Part shown: piece after piece, positions 56,536-64,000 of the stretch | Layout: every line of letters starts with the position of its first letter | Numbering within the stretch: the first letter of the stretch is position 1 | DNA from: an uncultured Bacilli bacterium | Lineage (GTDB): Bacteria > Bacillota_I > Bacilli_A > RFN20 > CAG-826 | Direction of reading: 5' to 3' | Assembly: GCA_934700895.1 (NCBI GenBank) | Contig: CAKUXV010000001.1 | Location: 269,289 to 333,288 of the forward strand | DNA: 64,000 nucleotides | The notes under the pieces: model-generated | What the model was told of the DNA's origin: nothing | The model's input: the letters and a program-made list of their open reading frames with translations, nothing else | Databases searched by the model: none | Position numbers and translations under genes: made by a program

Positions 56536-58040
56536 ACAAATACGTTAAATCTCCATTAGTTCTCGGCTGCATCTGCGTATGCTCTGCAGGACTCATCGGC
56601 GGGCTTCACCTTGTGGCAAAAAAATACGCGGAAGCGCATAAATCCACCGAAGCCCCGAAAGAAATTCAATCTTTAAAAGCGGGCGCCACCTTTGTAGAAG
56701 TTGCCGATTTCAAACCGACTTCCTTCACGGGGGATGCCTCCAAAGTTACCATCGAAAGCGTCTATGAGATGCAAGAAGGCGGAAAGCGTACGGGCTATGC
56801 CTATTCCGTCAATTGCGGCAAGCCGGCTAAAACCGACGTCACCTTCACGGTCGCTTTTGAAGGAGAAGTGAGCGAATCCACCGTCGCCCAACTCAAACCG
56901 ATCGCCATCAACGTCACTTCCGGCGGCGACGCAGGATATGACGCCAACACGGTTTCCTATGCTCAAGGAATCGTCGATGGCTCCAAGCAATTCAACGATG
57001 CTAACGACATCGTAAGTGGCGGAACCAAATCCCAAAAATTCCTTCGCGACGGCTTAACCGCTGCCCGTACGGATTATTTGGCCCGTTATAACGGTACTGC
57101 TCCGACTCCACAACCGACCGATGAAACCCTCGTTTACTTCCAAAAGATGTATCCGACGTTACAAAGCTATTCGCAAGATGAGGACTTCTCGCCCCTCAGC
57201 GTTTCTAGCGATCATAACGGTAAAGCCAAGATCGAGAAGCGTTATCGCGCAGAAGTCGATGGCAAGGTTGTCTTCTTCTACGAAGGCAAAGGAACCATCC
57301 AAGTCTCCGATTATGGCGAAAACAACACGGCTTCTGTCGACCTCTTCGTCGCCTTCGACGCGGAAGTCACCGATTCCAACTTGAAACAAGTCGCCCCGTC
57401 GAAATACACGATTGTTTCCTGCGACTTCTCTTATTCGCAATGGGAAGGCTATATGGAAGAAATCATCGCTGGCAGCAAAACCATTAATTCCAGCTCGGAC
57501 ATTTCCACTGGTGCCACACGTTCTTGCTTGCTGCTGCAAAGAATGATGATTAAGATGCGCAGCGATTATCACACGACTCGTCTCGCCGAAATCAAAGCCG
57601 GCGTCGGCGGAGCCGTTTCGAAAATCTTCTCCGCGGATGCCACTTACGAAGAAGACGACGCGTTTGCCGTCGTTGAGACGGAAGACTATTCCATTTCGAA
57701 GCTTTACACGGTTGCCTTAAGCGAAACCGAAACCGCGAAGCTCTATCTTGGAACCGCCCAAGCCGCGATTGAAGCGGATGGCACCATCTCCAAGATCACG
57801 CTCTACGTCGGATTCTCGGGAACCGCGGAATCGGAAGCAAATGTCCACATTGCTGGGTATTCCGAAGTTTCCTCCAATGGTTTCGACCAATGGAAAGGCT
57901 TTATGGATGGGCTATCCGATGGCTCGAAGTCCCTTGATAATGACGGGGACATCGCCACCGGCGCCACCCATTCCACCCGTGCCGTCCGCGACATGGTCAA
58001 AGGCATGAGAAGCCATTACTTCTCGTCCTTATCCAAATGA
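56532..58040 (+). CDS. rnfG: Rnf complex subunit G, expanded to 502 aa with three tandem FMN-binding repeats.
   Basis: N-terminal anchor. Repeats end in DIVSGGTKS, DISTGATRS and DIATGATHS, which resemble the RnfG/NqrC flavinylation motif D-x-SGAT-x-T/S. Confidence 0.75.
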   Translation: MNKYVKSPLVLGCICVCSAGLIGGLHLVAKKYAEAHKSTEAPKEIQSLKAGATFVEVADFKPTSFTGDASKVTIESVYEMQEGGKRTGYAYSVNCGKPAKTDVTFTVAFEGEVSESTVAQLKPIAINVTSGGDAGYDANTVSYAQGIVDGSKQFNDANDIVSGGTKSQKFLRDGLTAARTDYLARYNGTAPTPQPTDETLVYFQKMYPTLQSYSQDEDFSPLSVSSDHNGKAKIEKRYRAEVDGKVVFFYEGKGTIQVSDYGENNTASVDLFVAFDAEVTDSNLKQVAPSKYTIVSCDFSYSQWEGYMEEIIAGSKTINSSSDISTGATRSCLLLQRMMIKMRSDYHTTRLAEIKAGVGGAVSKIFSADATYEEDDAFAVVETEDYSISKLYTVALSETETAKLYLGTAQAAIEADGTISKITLYVGFSGTAESEANVHIAGYSEVSSNGFDQWKGFMDGLSDGSKSLDNDGDIATGATHSTRAVRDMVKGMRSHYFSSLSK

Positions 58041-58055
58041 AAGGAGTGATGCAAA

Positions 58056-58829
58056 ATGGCTAAAGAAAATACTTCCAAAAGATCGCGCATCTTCTTGGAC
58101 CCCTTGCTGAAGGCCAACCCCTTGTTCGTCATGGTCCTCGGCACCTGTCCTGCTCTTGCGGTTACGACTTCGTTTGAATCCGCGATTGGCATGGGCCTCC
58201 TCTTCACTTTCGTCGTTTTCTTCTCCAACCTCTTGATTTCCGCCTTACGGAAAGTCATCCCGGAAGAAGTAGAAACCCCAGCTTACATCGTAATCATCGC
58301 GACCTTCGTCACGATTGTTAAGATCCTCACCTCGACGTTCTTGCCTGAACTCTATAACAGCCTTGGCGTCTTCGTTTCCTTGCTCGTTGTCAACTGCATC
58401 GTTCTCGGCCGTGCCGAGGCCTTCGCCAACAAAAACAGCGTTGTGGATTCGATGCTCGACGGCCTTGGAAATGGCCTTGGCTATACTTGGGCCATCGCCG
58501 TCATCGCGCTCTTCCGCGAAGTCGTCGGCGCCGGTACTCTCACCTTTGGCAAAACCTTTACCTTCATTCCCCAAATCACCATCCCCATTTTGGGCGGATT
58601 CAAGGGAACGAATTTCTCCCTTGCCATCCCGCTATTTAAATCCTCCGCCGGTGGTTTCTTGGTGCTAGGATTCGCCCTTGCCATCCTTGCCGCGGTCAAT
58701 AACCACAAGAAGCACAAAGCCCAAGAGGCGTTAAAAGCCCAAAAGGCCAAAGAAGCGGAAGCGCGCAAAGCGGCCCTCGCCGCCAAAGCCGCCGCTAAGC
58801 CCGCTACGGTTGCAGAAGGAGGTAAATAA
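58056..58829 (+). CDS. rnfE: Rnf complex subunit E, with a roughly 45-aa Ala/Lys-rich C-terminal tail.
   Basis: MVLGTCPALAVTT...VVNCIVLGRAEAFA. Tail AQEALKAQKAKEAEARKAALAAKAAAKPA. Confidence 0.8.
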   Translation: MAKENTSKRSRIFLDPLLKANPLFVMVLGTCPALAVTTSFESAIGMGLLFTFVVFFSNLLISALRKVIPEEVETPAYIVIIATFVTIVKILTSTFLPELYNSLGVFVSLLVVNCIVLGRAEAFANKNSVVDSMLDGLGNGLGYTWAIAVIALFREVVGAGTLTFGKTFTFIPQITIPILGGFKGTNFSLAIPLFKSSAGGFLVLGFALAILAAVNNHKKHKAQEALKAQKAKEAEARKAALAAKAAAKPATVAEGGK

Positions 58830-58831
58830 GC

Positions 58832-59434
58832 ATGCCTTACATCGTTTCATTCTTGCTTGCCATCGTTTCTTACACGGTGATCGATAACGTCATTCTCTCG
58901 CGTTATTTTGGTATCTGCTCGTTTGTTGGCGTTGGCAACAAGGTTAAATCCGCCGTCGGCATGGGAGCCGCTGTCACCTTCGTCACGATGATGGCCGCCC
59001 TTGTTTGCTGGCCGATCTTCAATTACATCCTCGTCCCCGCTGGCATGGAATACATGGAGACCATCGTCTTCATCCTTGTCATCGCTTCCTTGGTCCAGAT
59101 GGTTGGTTATTTCATCAAGAAAACCTCGCCCTCTCTTTACAAGACCCTTGGTATCTATCTTCCCTTGATCACGACTAACTGCGCCGTTCTCGGCGTCGTT
59201 GAGACGAACATGACCTATGACTTCGGTCGTTCCATGGCTAACGCCCTTGGCACTTCCTTGGGCTTCGTCCTCGTCATCTTCCTCTTCGCCTGCATCCGCG
59301 TGAAACTTGAAGGCAACGACCTCCCCAAAGCGTTTAAAGGCGTTCCTATCGCCTTAATCGTCGCGGGCATCATGGCCGTTATCTTCATGGGCCTCGGCGG
59401 CATGGTTGACCTTGGCTCTTGGGGCATTGCCTAA
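58832..59434 (+). CDS. rnfA: Rnf complex subunit A.
   Basis: RnfA/NqrE-like, six TM helices, TNCAVLGV. Confidence 0.85.
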   Translation: MPYIVSFLLAIVSYTVIDNVILSRYFGICSFVGVGNKVKSAVGMGAAVTFVTMMAALVCWPIFNYILVPAGMEYMETIVFILVIASLVQMVGYFIKKTSPSLYKTLGIYLPLITTNCAVLGVVETNMTYDFGRSMANALGTSLGFVLVIFLFACIRVKLEGNDLPKAFKGVPIALIVAGIMAVIFMGLGGMVDLGSWGIA

Positions 59435-59682
59435 TGAGCAAAGGCGGGTATATCGCCCTCGCCGTCGTCCTCGTTGTTGCTCTTGTCGCCATCTTCACCG
59501 TCAGCTTCGTCCTTTACGTCAAAACTCCGCCCCCCAAGGGCTGTGAGCGGCAAAAAGGCGGAGCACAATGTGAGAATTGCGAGCAATCGAGCTGCAAATT
59601 CTACGAGGCCGCCATGGCGAAAGCCGCTAAAAAAGAAGAAGAAAAGAAAGCGGAAGAAGAAACTTCCGAGAAAGGAAATTGA
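59434..59682 (+). CDS. Small membrane protein with a C-x8-C-x2-C-x4-C motif inside the rnf operon, followed by an acidic/basic tail.
   Basis: Start overlaps the rnfA stop (TAATGA). One TM helix, then CERQKGGAQCENCEQSSC. Confidence 0.45.
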   Translation: MSKGGYIALAVVLVVALVAIFTVSFVLYVKTPPPKGCERQKGGAQCENCEQSSCKFYEAAMAKAAKKEEEKKAEEETSEKGN

Positions 59683-60002
59683 ATATGGATATTTTGTGGG
59701 CCGTCCTCTTGATGGCGGGATTAGCCGTCATCCTCGCTCTGCTTATCGTCCTTTTCTCCAATATCTTCCACGTGGAAGAAGACCCCCGCATCGCGGCGGT
59801 CGAAAAGATGCTCCCCAATTACAATTGCGGCGCCTGCGGATATGCGGGCTGCCACGATTTGGCGGAAGCTCTTGTTAACGGAGAAGTCAAAAAGGTCAGC
59901 CAGTGCAAAGCGGGCAAGAAGGACAAGAACTTCGACCCGATTGCCGAATATTTGAATTCGACGCCGGGACCCGACGGAAACACCCTTCACGTTAATCCTT
60001 AA
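59679..60002 (+). CDS. rnfB: Truncated RnfB: N-terminal TM helix plus the first Cys4 cluster only, with no ferredoxin domains.
   Basis: LPNYNCGACGYAGCHDLAEALVNGEVKKVSQC is the canonical RnfB N-terminal motif. The ORF ends after 107 aa. Confidence 0.6.
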   Translation: MNMDILWAVLLMAGLAVILALLIVLFSNIFHVEEDPRIAAVEKMLPNYNCGACGYAGCHDLAEALVNGEVKKVSQCKAGKKDKNFDPIAEYLNSTPGPDGNTLHVNP

Positions 60003-60017
60003 GAAGATGCCACTTCG

Positions 60018-61103
60018 GTGGCATTTTCTTTTACTCTTTTCTATAATTCCTGCGTGAAAAATTCTCGTTGTTTGTATTTAACTTCCACCCTCCTATTAAC
60101 GGGCCTACTCCCCTTGACGGGCTGCTCTACCAATCCCAGCGATTTCTCCTCGGAATCCGAAGATTTTTATGGGGCGAGTGGTTACGCTTTTCATAGTTTC
60201 TTTTCCTTTTCTTATAATTCCAACCAAGGCTCGATCGATGACCAAATCACTTCCTTCTTGGATAAGATGGATGATTTAGCGGACCCCTATAACGCCGTTC
60301 AAGGAAAATCGAACCTGTATACGATCAATAACACCCATCTCCCCGTGAAGGTAGATGAGGATTTATTCGACCTTGTTAAAACTTCCCTCGAACTCGAAAA
60401 AAAGACGGAGGGCTATTTTAACCCCCTAATCGGGGCGATTTCCCTAGAATGGAAGGAAATCCTTCAATCCCAAGAAGAAGTGCTAGAAACGGATATAAAG
60501 GCCTTAGAAGGCCGTTTGCCGGCGTTGCTCGAGCAAATGAATGCCTCGGAACTTGTTTTAAACGAAGAAGAACATTCCATTCAACGTGTGGGGGATGCCA
60601 AAATCGACCTCGGCGGATTGGTGAAAGGTTATTGCGTAGAACGCGTCCAGCAGATGGTTTTAGCCTGCGGGGCCACCCGTTATCTCATTAACGGGGGTAC
60701 GTCTTCGTTATCCCTTGGCAAAACCAAAAGTGGCGAGCCCTATCGCGTAAGCCTTCGCGATTCTAAAACCCCCAAGGAAAATTATTTCTCTCTCCATGAC
60801 GTGGACACCTCGACTTCCGGGATTTATGAGCAGATGATCCGCGTGGGCGAAACGACTTATTCCCACGTGATTAATCCCAAGACCGGCATGGCGGTTTCTC
60901 CTTTTTCGATGGCTTTGCTTGTCGGAGATGATTCCGCTCTTCTCGATGCTTTCTCCACTTCCTGCATGATCGCAGGAAAAGAAAAGGCCAAAGAATGGAG
61001 TCAAACCTATTCTTTCTCCTATTCTTTATATGAAGATGACGGGGGATATACAAAGCTGGTCGAAGAATCACCTGAACTAACCAAGGTGAGAATCTCCGCT
61101 TAA
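60018..61103 (+). CDS. apbE: FAD:protein FMN transferase (ApbE family) lipoprotein.
   Basis: Lipobox LTGC. ApbE-like core (GGLVKGY..., PKTGMAV). Immediately downstream of the rnf genes. Confidence 0.8.
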   Translation: MAFSFTLFYNSCVKNSRCLYLTSTLLLTGLLPLTGCSTNPSDFSSESEDFYGASGYAFHSFFSFSYNSNQGSIDDQITSFLDKMDDLADPYNAVQGKSNLYTINNTHLPVKVDEDLFDLVKTSLELEKKTEGYFNPLIGAISLEWKEILQSQEEVLETDIKALEGRLPALLEQMNASELVLNEEEHSIQRVGDAKIDLGGLVKGYCVERVQQMVLACGATRYLINGGTSSLSLGKTKSGEPYRVSLRDSKTPKENYFSLHDVDTSTSGIYEQMIRVGETTYSHVINPKTGMAVSPFSMALLVGDDSALLDAFSTSCMIAGKEKAKEWSQTYSFSYSLYEDDGGYTKLVEESPELTKVRISA

Positions 61104-61125
61104 TTTTTTTCTCTTTTAAAACCAA

Positions 61126-61155
61126 CAAAAAACCGAGGATTTCTCCTCGGTTTTT
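61126..61155. terminator. Bidirectional rho-independent terminator between apbE and the convergent lipoprotein gene.
   Basis: A-run, then CCGAGGA-tttc-TCCTCGG, then T-run. Confidence 0.7.
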
Positions 61156-61173
61156 CGTTATTAGAAGGACCAA

Positions 61174-62697
61174 TTACTTCGCGGCTTTGTTGTAGGCGTT
61201 GACGAGAAGGTCGACGTAGGAAACATAGCCAGAAGCAGGTTTGGAGTTGAGGTCGGTCCAGGTGGCGCCGATCTTAACGTCTTCATCATCCGAGTTCTTG
61301 ACAACCCATTGATTGTCTTGGCCACGGACAGAGGCTTGCATGGCTTCCGGTCCATATTGGACGAAGGCGCCGACGGTCTTGTCGCGGTTGGTCTTCCAAT
61401 CGAATTTGGTTCCGCCATAGCCGTTCTCTTCTTTGTTGAGTTTGGCATGGCCAACGTTCTGGTTGCCCGTGGAGAGCACAAGGGTGACGCCATCGTTCAT
61501 GACGGCATTGTAGTAAGCTTCGCAGACTTCTTCTTTGGAGAAATCAGCACCTTCGTATTTGAAGGATTTGTTCGCGGCATCATAAGCACCGGTGAGGGTG
61601 TAGTCGCCGAATTTGACGGTCTTGTAATAGACGTTGTTGACTTCGGCGTTGTGGCTAATGACGATCGCTTCGATATAGTCGGAAGCGGCAAGAGTGGCTT
61701 TTTCTTCATCGGAAACGGTGAGGGAGGTCGGCAATTCGACTTCGTGGAGGTTCGCACCGAGGAGGGTGATTTCATTGGTGTGAGTGGTGTAATTCATCGA
61801 GGAGACGAGTTCGACATCGGCCGCGCCAACGTAGGATCCACCGTGGACGAGGGCAAAGGCTTTGCCGGTCTTGTAAGCATCAACAAAGTTGACGTTGACG
61901 GTGACATCGTTCTTCGGCATGACGAAGGAACCGGTGGTCTTCATCGTGTTGTTGATGGAGGCTTCGAGGGTGTTGTTGACGAGGGTGAGGCCTTCGCTGG
62001 CGGCGCTGTATTTGTAGACGCCTTCGTGGAAGTTCTCAAGATCTTCACCTTGGATGAGCCAGGAAGCGAGGGATCCTTCGAGGATTTCGACTTCGTGGGT
62101 GCCCTTGGCGGAGAAGTAGGCATCGATGTTGGTGCCAGTCTTCGCGTTGACCCATTCTTCGGTGTCCATATCGAATTTCTTGACTTCAGTGGTCGTGTTC
62201 GTGACATTCAAGGTAACCTTGTGGGTCTTGCCACCCGTGACGGCTTTGGAATAAGCCTTGATGGTCGGGGCAGTCTTGGTCATGTTGAAGCTGACGTATT
62301 TGACGCCTTCCATGTTGAGTTCACCGCCATAGCAATTGAACTTCATGCCAGCAGCGCCAACTTGGGCTTCGTACTTCGTGCCATCGATGTCGATGTAGTC
62401 GAGTTCGTTCGCGCCAGAGAAGGACGGGACGAGGTAGACTTTCTCATTCACCTTCGGAGTGTAGATGTAAGCTCCGGAATAGGTGTCGGTGAAGGTCGAG
62501 ACGCCAAGGAGGTTCGGCATCGTGTAGTCGACGATGAGACCGCCATAGACGGAGGCACCAATATCGACGCCGGTGTTCGAATCGGCGGTGTCTTTACTAG
62601 CCGTGTCTTTGCTGTTGTCGGAAGAGGTTCCGCCACCGCAAGAAGCAAGCAACGCCGCCGAAGCGAGGACGAGAACCAATTTTTTGGATTGAATCAT
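61174..62697 (-). CDS. Thr/Val/Asn-rich lipoprotein of unknown function.
   Basis: Lipobox LLASCGGG with a Ser/Asp tether. The plus-strand ORF 61309-62703 is its antisense shadow. Confidence 0.55.
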   Translation of the reverse strand: MIQSKKLVLVLASAALLASCGGGTSSDNSKDTASKDTADSNTGVDIGASVYGGLIVDYTMPNLLGVSTFTDTYSGAYIYTPKVNEKVYLVPSFSGANELDYIDIDGTKYEAQVGAAGMKFNCYGGELNMEGVKYVSFNMTKTAPTIKAYSKAVTGGKTHKVTLNVTNTTTEVKKFDMDTEEWVNAKTGTNIDAYFSAKGTHEVEILEGSLASWLIQGEDLENFHEGVYKYSAASEGLTLVNNTLEASINNTMKTTGSFVMPKNDVTVNVNFVDAYKTGKAFALVHGGSYVGAADVELVSSMNYTTHTNEITLLGANLHEVELPTSLTVSDEEKATLAASDYIEAIVISHNAEVNNVYYKTVKFGDYTLTGAYDAANKSFKYEGADFSKEEVCEAYYNAVMNDGVTLVLSTGNQNVGHAKLNKEENGYGGTKFDWKTNRDKTVGAFVQYGPEAMQASVRGQDNQWVVKNSDDEDVKIGATWTDLNSKPASGYVSYVDLLVNAYNKAAK

Positions 62698-62797
62698 TTT
62701 TGATTTCCTTTCATTTCCACATCATTAGGATTGTGGGCTTGCCTATTATGCGTTTTTTCGTTTCGCCCTTCAAGGGCTGTACATGCTTTTTTGTATA

Positions 62798-62826
62798 ACA
62801 AAAGGCTGGGAATGCGTTCCCAGCCT
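62798..62826 (-). terminator. Rho-independent terminator of the thioesterase gene.
   Basis: On the minus strand: GGCTGGGAA-cgca-TTCCCAGCC followed by TTTTGTT. Confidence 0.6.
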
Positions 62827-62838
62827 TGCCTTGTTGAT

Positions 62839-63543
62839 TTACCGATACTCCAATCGGATTTGGAAATGGTCGCTTTCGAAGTCGCAACGAGAGTCGAAAA
62901 TCCCGTATTGAATGGGCGCGGATTCTCCTAATGGAATCTCTTTTTTGTAGGAGACGTTAATCGAAGCGCATTCATGGTTTTTAAGATAATCGATGGGAAT
63001 TAAGTCCTGAACGCAATCGAAATAGAAGGTGTTGTTGAGGTGGCCGTTGATGTCGCAACGGCTATATGTCGCCTCGATTTTGGCTTCTAAAGGCAATTCT
63101 TCCTTGAAGGAGTAGGAGGGTGGGAATTCGATCTGGCCCTCCATGGAATCGCAAGGGACTTCGATCCCGTAATGGGATGGATCGATCATCTTTCGATTAT
63201 TTTTGTCAATCAACGCCCAAACCGCGACGCCTTTTATTAGGACTTCCCCACTAGTAGAGAGGATGCGGTAATGACGCAAGAAGAAGGACATAAGACGCTT
63301 TCCGGGGTAGGTTTGCACCTCGATTTCCTCGTCGTATCGCGGCATGCGGGCAATCTGAAAATATTGTTTTCCGATGACCCATAATAAGCCCCGATCAAAA
63401 GTCTTTGTGTGGTCATAACCCAAATCTTCCACCGCGTGGATCGCGGCTTCTTGCGTCAAGCGCATAAGAGAAGAGAGACGAATCTCCTGGCGGGGATCGC
63501 ACTCGGCGGTTTTCAAAACTGTTTTAAAGGAATACAGGTGCAT
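62839..63543 (-). CDS. Acyl-ACP thioesterase.
   Basis: N-terminal YSFKTVLKTAECDPRQEIRLSSLMRLTQEAA...FDRGLLWVI is typical of the acyl-ACP thioesterase (FatA/B-like) family. Confidence 0.7.
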   Translation of the reverse strand: MHLYSFKTVLKTAECDPRQEIRLSSLMRLTQEAAIHAVEDLGYDHTKTFDRGLLWVIGKQYFQIARMPRYDEEIEVQTYPGKRLMSFFLRHYRILSTSGEVLIKGVAVWALIDKNNRKMIDPSHYGIEVPCDSMEGQIEFPPSYSFKEELPLEAKIEATYSRCDINGHLNNTFYFDCVQDLIPIDYLKNHECASINVSYKKEIPLGESAPIQYGIFDSRCDFESDHFQIRLEYR

Positions 63544-63544
63544 G

Positions 63545-63802
63545 TTATTTCTTCTTTGCTAATTCGATTTCGCACGCGTCTAGAAGCGCGCCAAGAGTCG
63601 TGAGTTTCTTCCATTTTTTCTGGGGAATCGTGATGTCGAGTTCCTCTTCGATGGAACAAATGATGTAGGTGACGGTCATGGAATCGAGACCCCCATCCGC
63701 ATTGATGCAATCGTCTTCGTGAATCCCATTTTCCTCAAACTGAGGCAACGAGGCTTTCGCGATGATATTGATTTTCTCTTTGATTTCTTCTCTTGTTAAC
63801 AT
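63545..63802 (-). CDS. Acyl-carrier-protein-like protein.
   Basis: 85 aa, acidic. GLDSMT phosphopantetheine-attachment-like motif. AGGAG ribosome-binding site. Confidence 0.55.
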   Translation of the reverse strand: MLTREEIKEKINIIAKASLPQFEENGIHEDDCINADGGLDSMTVTYIICSIEEELDITIPQKKWKKLTTLGALLDACEIELAKKK

Positions 63803-63813
63803 ATTGGAAACTC

Positions 63814-64000
63814 CTAATTTTGTTCGGTGTTGATTTGATAACGTTTGATTTTTCCCGTCGCGGTGCGAGGGAAGGGGTGATTTAAAACGAATAAGCGGGA
63901 AATGCGGGCACTGCGGGGATGATGCAAATTGAATTCGTTGAGCTTGTCCACGATTCCTTCGACGTTACGCTCCAGCGCCAAAATCAATTGACCTTTGCGG
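63814..64000 (-). CDS. AMP-dependent acyl-CoA/ACP synthetase, C-terminal fragment. The gene continues beyond the window.
   Basis: The minus-strand translation ends ...HPFPRTATGKIKRYQINTEQN*, the conserved C-terminal motif of adenylate-forming ligases. Confidence 0.5.
   Translation of the reverse strand, partial: RKGQLILALERNVEGIVDKLNEFNLHHPRSARISRLFVLNHPFPRTATGKIKRYQINTEQN

Noticed and set aside
61309-62703. 464-aa ORF on the plus strand
   Set aside because: Antisense to the lipoprotein gene 61174-62697. The translation is a G/V/D/E-rich repeat with no start context. Shadow of the Thr/Val-rich lipoprotein.
1-64000. I looked for CRISPR arrays, rRNA, tRNA, integrases, transposases and IS inverted repeats
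   Set aside because: I saw no regularly spaced direct repeats, no rRNA-like conserved blocks, and no tRNA-like T-arm/anticodon architecture while reading. There are no DDE, tyrosine-recombinase or serine-recombinase motifs among the ORFs. A tRNAscan or Infernal run would be needed to be certain about small RNAs.

Overview
This 64 kb window is chromosomal DNA from a lipoprotein-rich, probably anaerobic bacterium with roughly 50% GC. Many exported proteins carry an L-x-[GAS]-C lipobox followed by a Ser/Thr/Asn-rich tether. Most of the window is densely packed housekeeping genes. Peptidases: aminopeptidase C, Xaa-Pro aminopeptidase, oligoendopeptidase F. Chaperones and repair: ClpB behind a CIRCE operator, Hsp33, RuvX. 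Redox: a complete rnfCDGEAB operon followed by the flavin transferase apbE, an AcnX-type two-subunit hydratase next to an OYE/FAD-reductase fusion, a GltD-like Fe-S flavoprotein, and an FAD-oxidoreductase plus ferredoxin-reductase pair. Transport: potABCD (polyamine ABC) and a FecBCD/FepC-type iron-chelate ABC importer. Others: an orphan HypB-like GTPase, a CarD/CdnL-like factor, two TetR regulators, and an ACP / acyl-ACP-thioesterase / AMP-ligase trio at the 3' edge. I saw no rRNA, tRNA, CRISPR array, integrase or transposase. The regions that do not look ordinary are: (i) a 5' block with a UvrD-like helicase (open to the window edge), a coiled-coil protein, a Vsr-endonuclease::NUDIX fusion, and an AlbA_2/ATPase/wHTH regulator that has a frameshifted paralog 20 kb away; (ii) a tandem locus of two paralogous giant exported proteins (1144 and 1251 aa) with accessory genes, one of them a membrane-embedded XRE regulator; (iii) an Rnf operon whose RnfG carries three tandem FMN-binding repeats and whose RnfB is a 107-aa stub preceded by an extra Cys-rich membrane peptide; (iv) a lipoprotein with a barnase-like RNase domain and no adjacent immunity gene. 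Coordinates of non-ORF features were counted by hand and may be off by 1-2 nt. All homology calls come from motif recognition by eye, not database searches.
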